From the IMG/VR virus record IMGVR_UViG_3300042568_000085: a DNA stretch of 64,000 nucleotides. One strand, written 5' to 3'. Shown one piece after another: positions 45,236 through 55,528 of the stretch (the stretch's first letter is position 1; every line of letters starts with the position of its first letter). The notes under the pieces are model-generated. The model saw only the letters and a list, made by a program, of their open reading frames with translations, searched no databases and was not told the origin of the DNA. This DNA comes from an uncultured virus (IMG/VR IMGVR_UViG_3300042568_000085). Lineage: Duplodnaviria; Heunggongvirae; Uroviricota; Caudoviricetes. Both the position numbers and the translations under genes were made by a program.

Positions 45236-45259
45236 AAAACGGGGCTTCGGCCCCGTTTT
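45236..45259 (+). terminator. Intrinsic terminator
   Basis: AAAACGGGGC-TTCG-GCCCCGTTTT. Confidence 0.75.
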
Positions 45260-45274
45260 CACATGGAGATTTAA

Positions 45275-45511
45275 ATGAACATTGTCCTTGTACACCCTGA
45301 GTTTGGTGCCAAAGTTGCCACCAACGAAGCTGAAATTGAGATGGATGAAAAAAACGGCTGGACACGGTACAATCCTGCCACACCTGTCGAGGTGGCACCC
45401 GAGCCGGTAGTCGAAGCGCCAAAGCGCAAGTACACTCGCAAAGTGACCGATCAATCCATCGAACAGCCCAACAGCGACACGCTGGCAAGCGACGAATCCG
45501 AAGGGAAGTAA
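45275..45511 (+). CDS. Small conserved hypothetical protein
   Basis: HPEFGAKVA...E...DEKNGW. Confidence 0.7.
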   Translation: MNIVLVHPEFGAKVATNEAEIEMDEKNGWTRYNPATPVEVAPEPVVEAPKRKYTRKVTDQSIEQPNSDTLASDESEGK

Positions 45512-45512
45512 C

Positions 45513-46055
45513 ATGGCTTCTGCGATCTACGCAATAGTAAACAACGTCACACGAGACATGTACGTTGGTTCAGCCGTTGCTGTAAGTCGCAGATGGCGTG
45601 CCCATCGAAATGCGCTGGTCAAAAAGTGCCACCACAGCACCCGTTTGCAGCGTGCGTATGCAAAATACGGTTCAGACGCATTTGATTGGGAAATTGTGCA
45701 GTTTGTTGAAAACAAAGACTCACTAATTGACCGCGAACAATTTTGGATTGATTTTTTCCGGCCTGCGTACAATGGTCGCCCAATAGCAAATTCACCACTG
45801 GGTACAAAACACTCCCCAGAGACTCGGGCTAAGATGAGCGAGTCTGCCAAAAAACGCGGATTTTCTGAAGAACATAAGCGAAACATTTCGTTGGCAAAAA
45901 AGGGCGTTTCTACGGTCACCGATGCTCAACGCAAATTGCTAAGTGATCGAGCCAAAGCGCGTGTGTTTTCGGTTGAAGAACGCGCTAAGATTTCAGCGTC
46001 CTTGATTGGAAATAAACGCGCTGCCTTTAAACAATCAAAAGGAGATTCCCAATGA
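45513..46055 (+). CDS. Free-standing GIY-YIG homing endonuclease with NUMOD3 repeats
   Basis: AIYAI...YVGSA...RW..H, LQRAYAKYG, REQFWID, YN, KHSPETRAKMS. Confidence 0.88.
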   Translation: MASAIYAIVNNVTRDMYVGSAVAVSRRWRAHRNALVKKCHHSTRLQRAYAKYGSDAFDWEIVQFVENKDSLIDREQFWIDFFRPAYNGRPIANSPLGTKHSPETRAKMSESAKKRGFSEEHKRNISLAKKGVSTVTDAQRKLLSDRAKARVFSVEERAKISASLIGNKRAAFKQSKGDSQ

Positions 46056-46762
46056 GTTACACAGCGGGGGATCAAATCAATCGAGCACTTAGGCTGCTTG
46101 GTGTTCTTGCCGAAGGTGAAACCCCGTCAGCGGCTACCAGTCAAGACGGCTTGACTGCAATGAACCAGATGATCGACTCGTGGAACACCGAGCGCCTATC
46201 TGTGTTCTGCACCCAAGACCAAGTGTTCAACTGGCCCGTGGGCCAGATCAAGCAGACCCTTGGCCCCTCTGGTGATTTTGTGGGCAACCGCCCAATCCAA
46301 CTTGATGATGGCACCTACTTCCGCGCCCCCAGCGGCGTGTCGTATGGCATCAAAATCATCAACCAAGATCAGTACAACGGCATCGCTGTTAAGACCTCGA
46401 CATCGACCTTCCCGCAGGTCATCTTCATCAACAACACGTTCCCCAACGTGGAGATGTACATCTACCCTCGGCCAACGCAGTTGCTGGAGTGGCACTTCAT
46501 CTCGGTGCAAGAGTTGACGCAGCCTGCCACACTGGCGACCGAGTTGTTCTTTCCACCAGGTTATATGCGGGCGTTTGCCTACAACTTGGCAATGGAGATG
46601 GCCCCTGAGTTTGGCGTGGAGCCAAGCCCACAGGTGCAGCGCATCGCCATGACAAGCAAGCGTAACCTCAAGCGCATCAACAACCCATATGATGTGATGA
46701 GTCTGCCCTACGCTGTGGTGGCAAATCGTCAGCGGTTCAACATCTACGCCGGTAACTTCTGA
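46052..46762 (+). CDS. Head-tail adaptor (P22 gp4-like)
   Basis: TAGDQINRALRLLGV.AEGE, YNLA.E.APEFG; position. Confidence 0.75.
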   Translation: MSYTAGDQINRALRLLGVLAEGETPSAATSQDGLTAMNQMIDSWNTERLSVFCTQDQVFNWPVGQIKQTLGPSGDFVGNRPIQLDDGTYFRAPSGVSYGIKIINQDQYNGIAVKTSTSTFPQVIFINNTFPNVEMYIYPRPTQLLEWHFISVQELTQPATLATELFFPPGYMRAFAYNLAMEMAPEFGVEPSPQVQRIAMTSKRNLKRINNPYDVMSLPYAVVANRQRFNIYAGNF

Positions 46763-46764
46763 TC

Positions 46765-46926
46765 ATGGAATTCACATTTCGTTCCCGTAAATTCGAATTG
46801 TGCATTCGTTTGGGTCGCGTGTACAACGTGATGCTGGAAAAATATCTTGGTTCTGCAATCAACGTGCGTGTCGGTAAGACTGTTTGGACTACCGGCAAAG
46901 GCTTACGAAGGATAGGTACAGCATGA
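46765..46926 (+). CDS. Small basic hypothetical protein (MEFTFRSRKFELCIRLG...)
   Basis: Hand translation, 53 aa; ATGA-coupled to the next gene. Confidence 0.5.
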   Translation: MEFTFRSRKFELCIRLGRVYNVMLEKYLGSAINVRVGKTVWTTGKGLRRIGTA

Positions 46927-48452
46927 AGACGCCCATCCTCGGTTCATCCTACGTCACCCGCAGCGTCAACGCTGCGGATGCCCGCATGGTCAACCTGTTC
47001 CCCGAAGTCATCCCCGAGGGTGGACTAGAGCCTGCGTTTTTAAACCGCGCACCAGGTTTGCGCCGACTGGCAACAATCGGCACTGGTCCAATTCGTGGTC
47101 TGTGGGATTTTGCGCCGGACAGCAACACCGCTTTTGTCGTGTCGGGCACTCAGTTGTTCAAGATCAACCGCAGCTACACGGCTACACTGCTGGGTACTGT
47201 GGTAGGCACTGGCCCTGTCAGCATTGCCGATAACGGCACTCAGTTGTTTATCGCAGCCAACGGGCCAAGCTACATCTACAACAACACAACAAACGTGTTC
47301 CAGCAGATCACTGACCCAGACTTTCCTGGTGCGGTAAGCGTGGGTTATCTGGATGGCTACTTCGTGTTCAACGAGCCAAACAGTCAAAAAATTTGGGTTA
47401 CCAGTCTGCTGGACGGTCTGTCCGTGGACCCGCTGGATTTTGCAAGCGCCGAAGGTGCTCCCGATGAAGTCACTGGTTTGATTGTTGACCACCGTGAGGT
47501 CTGGGTGCTGGGCACCAACTCGGTCGAGGTTTGGTACAACGCAGGCACCCCAGACTTTCCATTACAGCGCATCCAAGGCGCTTTTAACGAGATTGGCTGC
47601 ATATCCCCTTACTCGCTTGCCAAACTCGATAACGGCGTGTTCTGGCTGGGTTCTGACGCCCGTGGCAAGGGCATCGTCTACCGGGCCAACGGCTACACGG
47701 GCACCCGCATCTCAACGCACGCTGTTGAGTGGCACATCCAACAATACAGCGACATCACCGACGCTTTTGGGTACACGTACCAACAAGACGGCCATAGTTT
47801 TTATGTGCTGATCTTTCCATCGGCCAACACCACATGGGTGTATGACGTGGCGACGCAGGCGTGGCACGAGAGAGCCGGGTTTAACAACGGTGACTTTACA
47901 CGGCACCGCAGCAACTGCCAGATGGCGTTTAACAACGAGATCATTGTTGGCGACTTTCAAAACGGCAACATCTACGCATTCGACCTTGAAGACTATTCGG
48001 ACAACGGGCAGATTCAAAAGTGGCTGCGCACATGGCGAGCGCTGCCTACGGGTCAAAACAACTTTAAACGAACTGCGCAACACAGCCTTCAGCTTAACTG
48101 CGAGGCTGGCGTTGGGTTGAATGGAATTGCTTATCCTGTTCGCAATAACTCGGCAATTGCTAACATCGCAATTGCCAGTATTGCAGTTGCCGGAACCAAT
48201 TCTCTCCAACCATCGGATGCAGCAATTACCCCCCAAGTCATGTTGCGATGGAGTGATGACGGTGGGCACACATGGTCTAACGAACACTGGGCACCCATTG
48301 GCCGAATCGGCACTTATGGGCAACGCACGTTCTGGAGGCGTTTGGGCATGACGCTCAAGCTGCGTGACCGGGTTTACGAGTTGTCGGGTACTGACCCCGT
48401 GAAGATTGCCATCACTGGCGCTGAACTTATCCTTAGCCCGACCACAGCGTAA
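46923..48452 (+). CDS. Tail hub / DNA stabilisation protein (P22 gp10-like)
   Basis: GPIRG, FASAEG.PD, TWVYD..T..WHER, LRWSDDGG.TW, WRRLG. Confidence 0.88.
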   Translation: MKTPILGSSYVTRSVNAADARMVNLFPEVIPEGGLEPAFLNRAPGLRRLATIGTGPIRGLWDFAPDSNTAFVVSGTQLFKINRSYTATLLGTVVGTGPVSIADNGTQLFIAANGPSYIYNNTTNVFQQITDPDFPGAVSVGYLDGYFVFNEPNSQKIWVTSLLDGLSVDPLDFASAEGAPDEVTGLIVDHREVWVLGTNSVEVWYNAGTPDFPLQRIQGAFNEIGCISPYSLAKLDNGVFWLGSDARGKGIVYRANGYTGTRISTHAVEWHIQQYSDITDAFGYTYQQDGHSFYVLIFPSANTTWVYDVATQAWHERAGFNNGDFTRHRSNCQMAFNNEIIVGDFQNGNIYAFDLEDYSDNGQIQKWLRTWRALPTGQNNFKRTAQHSLQLNCEAGVGLNGIAYPVRNNSAIANIAIASIAVAGTNSLQPSDAAITPQVMLRWSDDGGHTWSNEHWAPIGRIGTYGQRTFWRRLGMTLKLRDRVYELSGTDPVKIAITGAELILSPTTA

Positions 48453-49564
48453 TGGCAACTTCTCAACTTACCAACATCACGCCTCCTCGGGTTCCTTTGC
48501 TGGACCCGAAGACCGGACTCATCTCGCGTGAGTGGTATAGGTTTTTCCTGAACCTGTTTGTGTTGACCGGCAGCGGCCAGAACACGGCATCGCTGACCGA
48601 CTTGCAGTTGGGTCCACCGATGCCCACTCAGGAAGACTTTGGCGAGGTTGTCATCGACATTGAGTCGGCTCAAAAGCAGCCGACTCAGGAGAGTGCGCTT
48701 GACCAGATTGCCGAGTTGCAAAAGCAAATTGACGGGTTGCAAACGCTACCCCGTGACGAACTGGGTACGATGGCCGCGCTCCAGCAGGACAACGTGCCGT
48801 GGCTGCAATTTGACACCACGCCTGACGGGTTTCCGACTGGCCCGCTTGCCAACGGCACGGTGTACTGGGACGATGCCGATGCGATCAAGACGCTCAACAT
48901 CGTCATGGAGGACAGCGGCGAGGTCATCCAACACGTTGGTGAAGAAACTTATTACCGGGTCAAGGCCAGCGCCACTATCACCAAGGGTCAAGTCGTCATG
49001 TTTACGGGCACCGTGGGTGCCTCTGGTGGGCTGCGTGGCGCACCGGCCACTGGGTTGACCTCAACGCAGAGCGAATACATTATGGGTGTTGCCACCCAGA
49101 ACATCGCCAACAATGGATGGGGTTACGTCACATGGTTTGGTGAGGTTAAAAAAGTCAACACCACTGGCGGCGCAGAGGCTTGGGTTGACGGGCAGATTTT
49201 GTATTACAACCCCGCTGTTGCAGGTGGTCTGACCAAAAACGTCCCTACGGCCCCCAACCCCAAAGTCATCGTGGCATCGGTGGTCCATGCGGCCAGCAAC
49301 GGCATCTTGTTTGTGCGACCCACATTCGGCTCGGCTTTGGGTGCAACCGACTCCAACGTCGAGATTACCGGGCTTGCCAATGGTGATTTGCTCCAGTACG
49401 ACTCGGTGCAGGCCCGCTGGGAAAACGTGCCTGCATCGTCTGCGCTTTCAGGTGCAGGGGGTGTTTCTGGTTCTGTCACATTGGCAAAGATCACGGTTTT
49501 GGGCGCAGACGGGTCGTTGACGTTCACCGATGGTTTAATTACGGCGTTTACCGCGCCAACATAA
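48452..49564 (+). CDS. Tail needle / fibre protein
   Basis: ITPPRVP..D..TG.ISREWYRFF N-terminus after gp10, coiled coil, beta-rich C-terminus. Confidence 0.65.
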   Translation: MATSQLTNITPPRVPLLDPKTGLISREWYRFFLNLFVLTGSGQNTASLTDLQLGPPMPTQEDFGEVVIDIESAQKQPTQESALDQIAELQKQIDGLQTLPRDELGTMAALQQDNVPWLQFDTTPDGFPTGPLANGTVYWDDADAIKTLNIVMEDSGEVIQHVGEETYYRVKASATITKGQVVMFTGTVGASGGLRGAPATGLTSTQSEYIMGVATQNIANNGWGYVTWFGEVKKVNTTGGAEAWVDGQILYYNPAVAGGLTKNVPTAPNPKVIVASVVHAASNGILFVRPTFGSALGATDSNVEITGLANGDLLQYDSVQARWENVPASSALSGAGGVSGSVTLAKITVLGADGSLTFTDGLITAFTAPT

Positions 49565-49576
49565 GGAGAAACCCTA

Positions 49577-49912
49577 ATGACAGTCACCGTCAAAAACCTT
49601 GTGCCATCAAAAGATGTCGCAAACAGCCAAACAACCCAGTACACCGCAACTGGCGTAACCACGATCATTGACAAGTTCACCGCGACCAATTACAGCGCCA
49701 GTGCTGCCACGATCTCGGTCAACTTGGTTACGCTTGCTGGCTCTCCTGGCAACAGCAACCTGATCACCAAGACCAAGACGCTTCAGCCGTCTGAGGTCTA
49801 CACGTTCCCCGAGTTGGTCGGACAGGTTTTGAATCCTGGCAGCTTCATCAGTACAATCGCTGGAACCGCCAGCGCCATCAACATGCGCGTCAGCGGGCGT
49901 GAGGTGACCTGA
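49577..49912 (+). CDS. Small virion structural protein
   Basis: TTQYTA...IIDKFTATN...YTFPELVGQ. Confidence 0.65.
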   Translation: MTVTVKNLVPSKDVANSQTTQYTATGVTTIIDKFTATNYSASAATISVNLVTLAGSPGNSNLITKTKTLQPSEVYTFPELVGQVLNPGSFISTIAGTASAINMRVSGREVT

Positions 49913-50451
49913 TGCGAGTAACTTACGGTAAAGGTTTTGAAGTCGCAGTAAACGCACCATCAAAGGTGTGGTTCCGCGAAACGGTTCTGGCTGCGCAAGC
50001 AGAAATGCAGTCCATGATTGACAGCGGCGCTGTTGAGTCTTTGGCGCAAGAATGCACTCTCAAACATTATTTTGCACCCAAAAGCGAAAAGTACGGGTGC
50101 AGCACCTACGCCCGTGAGATATTTTTACCCAAAGGTTCATTTGTCGTTGGCAAAATTCACCGTCATCAACACTTGAACATCATTTCCAAGGGAAAAGTTA
50201 AAGTCTTTACTGAGTTTGGTGAAAAATACTTTGTAGCGCCTTGCACGTTTATTTCTGAAGTAGGCTTAAAGCGGGCAGTTTACGCAGAAGAAGATACGAT
50301 ATGGACCACGGTTCACCTCACAGAGTTTGAGAACGAGTCGGACTTAAGTAAAATTGAGGAAGAGGTAATTTCGCCGTCTTATGATGAGATGGGGTTGATT
50401 TCTTCCACGGCAGAATTGTCTAAGTTACAGGCACAAGGGGTATCACCATGA
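49912..50451 (+). CDS. Cupin-fold protein
   Basis: HYFAP...YAREIFLPKG..VVGKIH.H.HLNIISKG. Confidence 0.7.
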   Translation: MRVTYGKGFEVAVNAPSKVWFRETVLAAQAEMQSMIDSGAVESLAQECTLKHYFAPKSEKYGCSTYAREIFLPKGSFVVGKIHRHQHLNIISKGKVKVFTEFGEKYFVAPCTFISEVGLKRAVYAEEDTIWTTVHLTEFENESDLSKIEEEVISPSYDEMGLISSTAELSKLQAQGVSP

Positions 50452-51167
50452 CATACGTAGCAACCGCAATTGGAGGCAGTGCTTTATTGGGCGCTTACTC
50501 AGCCAACAAGGCAGCTAAAGCTCAAGCCGGTGCTGCCGACCGTGCTGCCGATTTGCAGCGTGAGCAGTTTGAGCGCAACGTTGAGTTGAACGCTCCGTTT
50601 CGTGAAGCTGGTATCACTGCGCTAAACAAACTGGTTCCGTTGGCGTCCGAGTACACACCCTTTGGGATGCAGCAGTTCCAAGCTGACCCTGGCTATGCGT
50701 TTCGCATGTCCGAAGGCATGAAAGGTTTGGAACGATCCGCTGCTGCCCGGGGTGGTTTGCTTTCGGGTGGTACGCTTAAAGGAATTCAACGATTTGGTCA
50801 AGACCTTGGTTCACAGGAGTACCAAAACGCATTCAACCGTTACCAGACCGAGCGTAACGCCCGTTTAAACCCATTACAGTCTTTGGCTGGTGTTGGTCAA
50901 ACTACTTCTGCGCAATTAGGTGCAGCGGGGCAAACAATGGCTGGCAATGTAGGCCAAGCAATGGGTGCAGCAGCCCAAGCCCGAGCATCTGGCTACATGG
51001 GCGGTGCCAGCGCGTTGACTCAAGGCTTGGGTTCGTACATGAATTACAACCAGCAGCAAAATCAGAACGCATTGTTGGGCCAGCTTATTGGCAACCGTGG
51101 CTTACCATCGTCTGGGATTGGGGCCAATACTTACAGCGGTCAAGGTCCAACTGGATATGCACCATAA
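50448..51167 (+). CDS. DNA ejection protein (P22 gp7-like)
   Basis: Gly/Ala/Gln-rich; DPGYAFR, SAAARGGLLSG. Confidence 0.78.
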   Translation: MTYVATAIGGSALLGAYSANKAAKAQAGAADRAADLQREQFERNVELNAPFREAGITALNKLVPLASEYTPFGMQQFQADPGYAFRMSEGMKGLERSAAARGGLLSGGTLKGIQRFGQDLGSQEYQNAFNRYQTERNARLNPLQSLAGVGQTTSAQLGAAGQTMAGNVGQAMGAAAQARASGYMGGASALTQGLGSYMNYNQQQNQNALLGQLIGNRGLPSSGIGANTYSGQGPTGYAP

Positions 51168-51176
51168 GGATTAAAC

Positions 51177-52739
51177 ATGGCACTCGTTAACCCCAACATC
51201 GCAATGTCATTTCGTATGCCCGAGTTCCAGCCTCGGAATGCGTTGGCAGAGTACGCTCAGATTCAGCAAATCCAGGGCGGTCAGCAAGCACAAGAACTGG
51301 CTCGGTTTCAGCTTGGTGCTGCGCAACGTGCCGAGGGTGTGCAAAACGCATTGACAGAAGCATATGCGTCTTCTATTGACCCCACTGGGAACATTGACTA
51401 CAACAAGTTGATTGGTTCACTTTCAAAAGGTGGCGGCGCATCACAAATACCTGCCATCATCAAAACCAGAGCCGAAACAACTGCTGCTCAATTGGCGCAA
51501 AAAAAGACACAAGGTGAGATTGATAAAAATCAATTTGACTTGCAAGACAAAAAGTTGAAGTTTGCATGGAACGCTGTGGGGTCTGCCACAACTCCAGAAG
51601 CAGCAATTGCTGAATTAACCAAAGGCGTCAAAGAAGGCATCTTTGACATGCGTTCGGCTACGGAAGAAATTCAACGAGTTCAAAATTTAAACCCAGATCA
51701 ATATCGACAATATCGAGTTGAAAAAATTATGGGCATCTTGGACGCCAAAGACAAGCTGCCAATGATGCTGCCCAAGACTGTACGCCAAGAAGCAGGCGGT
51801 CAGATTTTGAGTATTCAAGACAACCCAATGATGCCGGGTTACGGTCAGCCTATTGCTGGTGCGGCCATTACTAAGACACCGACTATTGGTGAACTCACCG
51901 CGCAAAAGCAGTTGGGTGTGTCGCAAGGTCAACTTAATTTGGCGCAGCAAAAATTTGCGTTTGAGAAGGCCAATCCTGGCTTTGAATTGAAAGAAGCTGA
52001 AGACGGTTCAATTGTTGGCGTCAACAAGCGCACCTTGCAGGCTTTCCCTGTTTCAATTGGTGGCGCTACGCCTGCGGCTGCTCCAGCGGCCCCTGGTGCG
52101 GGTATGCCTGGGCCACGTATGCCATCGCCAGCAACACAAGCCATCCCCGGCATGACCAGTGTGTTGGATCAGCCAGCGGCTGTTGCTTCTGCGGCTGGTA
52201 CACCATTGCGTGGCAAAGGCACTGCGCTGACAGAATCTCAAGGCAACGCTACGGCTTACGGCCTGAGAATGAGAGAGGCCAATGCAATTTTGGAGCCATT
52301 GGAAAACGCCGGAAAAACAAATACCGGCTTGATCAAGAATGTTGTTGGCGGGGTTGTTGGGCTTACACCACTTCTTGGTGAAAAACTTGAAGATGCGTCT
52401 GGTTCCGTCTTTAACGCATTGCCTCGGATTTTGGGTGGTCTTAGCCCAGAGCAACAACAAGTGGCTCAAGCAAGGATCAACTTTATTACGGCCATTTTGC
52501 GAAAAGAATCTGGCGCTGCAATTGGTGCAAATGAATTTGCAACTGCCGAGAAAAATTACTTTCCTAAGCCTGGTGATGACGCTGCCACGATTGCGCAAAA
52601 GCAACAAGCGCGTAGAACTGCCATCAAGGCAATGGAAATTCAAGCTGGACCGGGTGCAAGGCAAATGGGCGGTGCTGTCGGTACAAGTGGCATACCCGGT
52701 GCAAGTGCAAACAATCCGTTGGGCTTACCAGGACTTTAA
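51177..52739 (+). CDS. DNA ejection protein (gp20-like)
   Basis: Position; LRKESGAAI...E...YFP.PGD motif. Confidence 0.65.
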   Translation: MALVNPNIAMSFRMPEFQPRNALAEYAQIQQIQGGQQAQELARFQLGAAQRAEGVQNALTEAYASSIDPTGNIDYNKLIGSLSKGGGASQIPAIIKTRAETTAAQLAQKKTQGEIDKNQFDLQDKKLKFAWNAVGSATTPEAAIAELTKGVKEGIFDMRSATEEIQRVQNLNPDQYRQYRVEKIMGILDAKDKLPMMLPKTVRQEAGGQILSIQDNPMMPGYGQPIAGAAITKTPTIGELTAQKQLGVSQGQLNLAQQKFAFEKANPGFELKEAEDGSIVGVNKRTLQAFPVSIGGATPAAAPAAPGAGMPGPRMPSPATQAIPGMTSVLDQPAAVASAAGTPLRGKGTALTESQGNATAYGLRMREANAILEPLENAGKTNTGLIKNVVGGVVGLTPLLGEKLEDASGSVFNALPRILGGLSPEQQQVAQARINFITAILRKESGAAIGANEFATAEKNYFPKPGDDAATIAQKQQARRTAIKAMEIQAGPGARQMGGAVGTSGIPGASANNPLGLPGL

Positions 52740-52741
52740 TT

Positions 52742-54613
52742 ATGGCAACACTCGCCGAATTTCGCGCAGCGTATCCGCAGTACGATGCCGTGCCAGATGT
52801 AAAACTGGCCGACTCGCTGCACCAGAAGTTTTACAGCCAGATTCCCAAGATGGACTTTTACAAGACCATTGGGCTAGGCGCGGCTGCGGCAATTCCTGGC
52901 GCTGAAAATGTGGTGACTGGTGTTAAGCCACCAGAAGTGTCAATGCGTGATCGTGTTGCCGGCATCATTGAAACACCGCTAGCACTGGGTGCCACCTTGG
53001 CCGGCGGTTTGATTTCTCCAATTGCGGGTGGCATCTCACTTGCTGCCAGCGGCAAAGGCATCAACACGCCAGAAGGCCGCAAGGCTATGGAAGCTGGCAT
53101 GAAGGCTGTTCAGTATCAGCCCCGCACACAGACTGCACAACAGGCTTTGGGTGCATTTGGTGAGTTTTTGCAGCCTCTGACGGCGGCATTGCCTCCGACA
53201 CTTGGCAGTGTTGGCACCACCCTCAATGCTTTGGCTGTCCCTGCTTTTCAGCAAACCACTGCGGCTGCTCGGCCAATGGTTGCTCAAGTTGTGCCACCCG
53301 TGCAGAACGCTTTGGCGCGAGTATTGCCAACGCCACAGCAACCGCAAATGCAAGGCATGGGTGCTGCGACTACCGCAGAAGATCTGATGCGCCAAGAGCG
53401 TTTGCAACGCTTTAATATTCGTGCTAAAGCCGGTGAGCGTGAAAAGAATTTGCAAAAACAACAGTTTGAATCTGAAGTTGAACGTGGCGTCATTGCCGGC
53501 ATTCCTGAAGACGTAAAAATTGAATTATCTGAAAAGGCCAGAGCATTTGAAGCTGGTAAAAAGCAAGACATTATTCGCAACTTTGAGCGCATGACTAACG
53601 AAGTCGGCGCAGAAGTTGCCGACCCAACGCAAATGAGGGCTGTGGGCCGAATCGTAGACAAGGCGTTGAACGACGAGTACACCAAGAAATTTGATGCGTA
53701 CAAGCAGTTATATGCCCGAGCCGACAACGCTGGCGAGACATTGCAGCAAGTGCCGTATCAAAGTTTGCTGGATTACATTAACACCAAGACGCCAACACAG
53801 CGCCAAAAGCTAGACCCAATCTTGGATTCTGTGGCTGAGTCATTGAGAATGAATGACCCACAAAATACTGGCGCAATTTCTGTGCGTGCTCTTGAAGACA
53901 TCTACCAGCAAATTGGCACAGTCAAAGATTCGGCAAACGCCAAGCCTATGAAAAACATCATTACCCAGATGGGTGAGGGTGCTGGCGGTGAGTTGTATCA
54001 AGCGGCACGCAAAGCCAGAGAGCAATTGGCAAAGCAGTTTGAAGACGTGTCCAGAGTGGACAAGTTGTTGAGCACCAAGTCTGGTTATGCTGACCGCAGG
54101 GTGGCGCTTGACGATGTGTTCAAGCATATTGTGTTGGACGGCTCTTTGGAAGAAATGCGCACGGTCACCACCTTGCTGAAAAAAGGTGGACCAGCCGGCC
54201 AACAAGCCTACAAAGAATTGCAAGGCCAAACCATTCAACAGATGAAAGAGATGCTCACCAAAGGTGATCAGATGTCTTTCAGAAACCTCAACACGTTCAT
54301 CAACCAACTGGACAACGAAGACAAGTTGGTTTACATGTATGGCAAATCTGGCCGTGATCAAATCATGGATCTGAGAGATGCCATCAAAGATGTGGTGGTC
54401 AAAGAGCCTGGCGCTGTCAATTACAGCAACACTTCTGGCGCTGTCTTGCGTGGCCTTGAGGCTTTGCAGAAATTGCCCGTGCGCCTACCTGGCGTGCAAA
54501 CAGCCGCTGAAGTTGCGCGTACACGCCAAGTGAAGAAGCAGTTTGAGAAATCACTGCAACAGCCAAACCAGTTGGCTCCTAAGAGTTCCAACAAAAACGC
54601 ATTGGTGAAGTAA
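52742..54613 (+). CDS. DNA ejection protein (gp16-like)
   Basis: Position; N-terminal EFR..YPQY...D..LAD.LH.KFYS; helical. Confidence 0.65.
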   Translation: MATLAEFRAAYPQYDAVPDVKLADSLHQKFYSQIPKMDFYKTIGLGAAAAIPGAENVVTGVKPPEVSMRDRVAGIIETPLALGATLAGGLISPIAGGISLAASGKGINTPEGRKAMEAGMKAVQYQPRTQTAQQALGAFGEFLQPLTAALPPTLGSVGTTLNALAVPAFQQTTAAARPMVAQVVPPVQNALARVLPTPQQPQMQGMGAATTAEDLMRQERLQRFNIRAKAGEREKNLQKQQFESEVERGVIAGIPEDVKIELSEKARAFEAGKKQDIIRNFERMTNEVGAEVADPTQMRAVGRIVDKALNDEYTKKFDAYKQLYARADNAGETLQQVPYQSLLDYINTKTPTQRQKLDPILDSVAESLRMNDPQNTGAISVRALEDIYQQIGTVKDSANAKPMKNIITQMGEGAGGELYQAARKAREQLAKQFEDVSRVDKLLSTKSGYADRRVALDDVFKHIVLDGSLEEMRTVTTLLKKGGPAGQQAYKELQGQTIQQMKEMLTKGDQMSFRNLNTFINQLDNEDKLVYMYGKSGRDQIMDLRDAIKDVVVKEPGAVNYSNTSGAVLRGLEALQKLPVRLPGVQTAAEVARTRQVKKQFEKSLQQPNQLAPKSSNKNALVK

Positions 54614-54820
54614 ATGAGTGAGCAAATTAGCGCGACGGACGCACGATTGACCACGCACGAGCAAGTGTGCGCGCATCGTTACGAAGGCATTCAAAAAAGT
54701 TTTGAGTCAGGCTCCAAGCGCATGGCTAAAATCGAGTATCTGCTCTACGCAGTAATCGCTGCGGTCTTGCTTGGCCCTGGCGTTGCGGCTGAGATGGTTA
54801 AAAAGATCTTCGGACTCTAA
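54614..54820 (+). CDS. Small coiled-coil + TM protein (holin/antiholin-like)
   Basis: HE.VCA.RY...KRM.KIE followed by a TM helix. Confidence 0.65.
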   Translation: MSEQISATDARLTTHEQVCAHRYEGIQKSFESGSKRMAKIEYLLYAVIAAVLLGPGVAAEMVKKIFGL

Positions 54821-54822
54821 CC

Positions 54823-54921
54823 ATGAAAGACTGGGCCGTCAGTTTCATTGCTGCGGTCCTTCTTGTCGGGCTTGTTGTCTGGTGCGTTAAGGTTCTTGTT
54901 GAGGTTTTGTATGGCGGATGA
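54823..54921 (+). CDS. 32-aa single-TM peptide
   Basis: Hand translation MKDWAVSFIAAVLLVGLVVWCVKVLVEVLYGG. Confidence 0.55.
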   Translation: MKDWAVSFIAAVLLVGLVVWCVKVLVEVLYGG

Positions 54922-55528
54922 GAAGCTGGGTTCCAGCACGATGCTCGACAAAGTGCTCGGGTATGTAGACTCCCCGTTTAAACTTTTTGCCATCCTTATC
55001 ATGGGTCTGGTTACGTTTACCGGGTATTTTGTTTGGCAAAATCAAACGGTATTGATCGGCGCGTATCAGGAGAACAAGAAGATGCCAACAATCCATGAGG
55101 AGCGCGTGGATGATGCGGCAAGCCTGCTGTTTAAACAAACGGATGCCAAGTTTGTTGCCATCTTCAAAGTTAACCCAATTTTTGGGACTCGCGTCCTGTA
55201 CCGCCTGTACACCAAGGATGGGCGCAGCAAAGACATGGAAGGTTTGGATGTCGGACTTTTTACGACAAACGTGTCAAACAACAATGATGTTGTAAAGCTG
55301 ATGGCGGGAGAGATACCTTGCAGTCCGTATTTACGAGCGCAGTCACAGTTGGGTATTTGGTATATTGCACAGGGTGTTTCTTACACCTGCCGAATCAGCG
55401 TGCCACCCGACCGAAGCAGGTTTATTGGGCAAATAACGGTTGGATGGGTAGCGCAGCCCGAGAACATGGAGAACATACACTCCATGCTGGATATTGCAGC
55501 AAACATGCTTATTAAAAGGGGTAACTGA
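54911..55528 (+). CDS. T4 holin T-like protein (one TM + periplasmic GAF-like domain)
   Basis: Topology and motif pattern resemble T4 gpT as recalled; located in the lysis cassette. Confidence 0.55.
   Translation: MADEKLGSSTMLDKVLGYVDSPFKLFAILIMGLVTFTGYFVWQNQTVLIGAYQENKKMPTIHEERVDDAASLLFKQTDAKFVAIFKVNPIFGTRVLYRLYTKDGRSKDMEGLDVGLFTTNVSNNNDVVKLMAGEIPCSPYLRAQSQLGIWYIAQGVSYTCRISVPPDRSRFIGQITVGWVAQPENMENIHSMLDIAANMLIKRGN

Noticed and set aside
45513..46055. Group I intron around the GIY-YIG genes
   Set aside because: Flanking genes are intact, and there is no non-coding space for a ribozyme core at either locus
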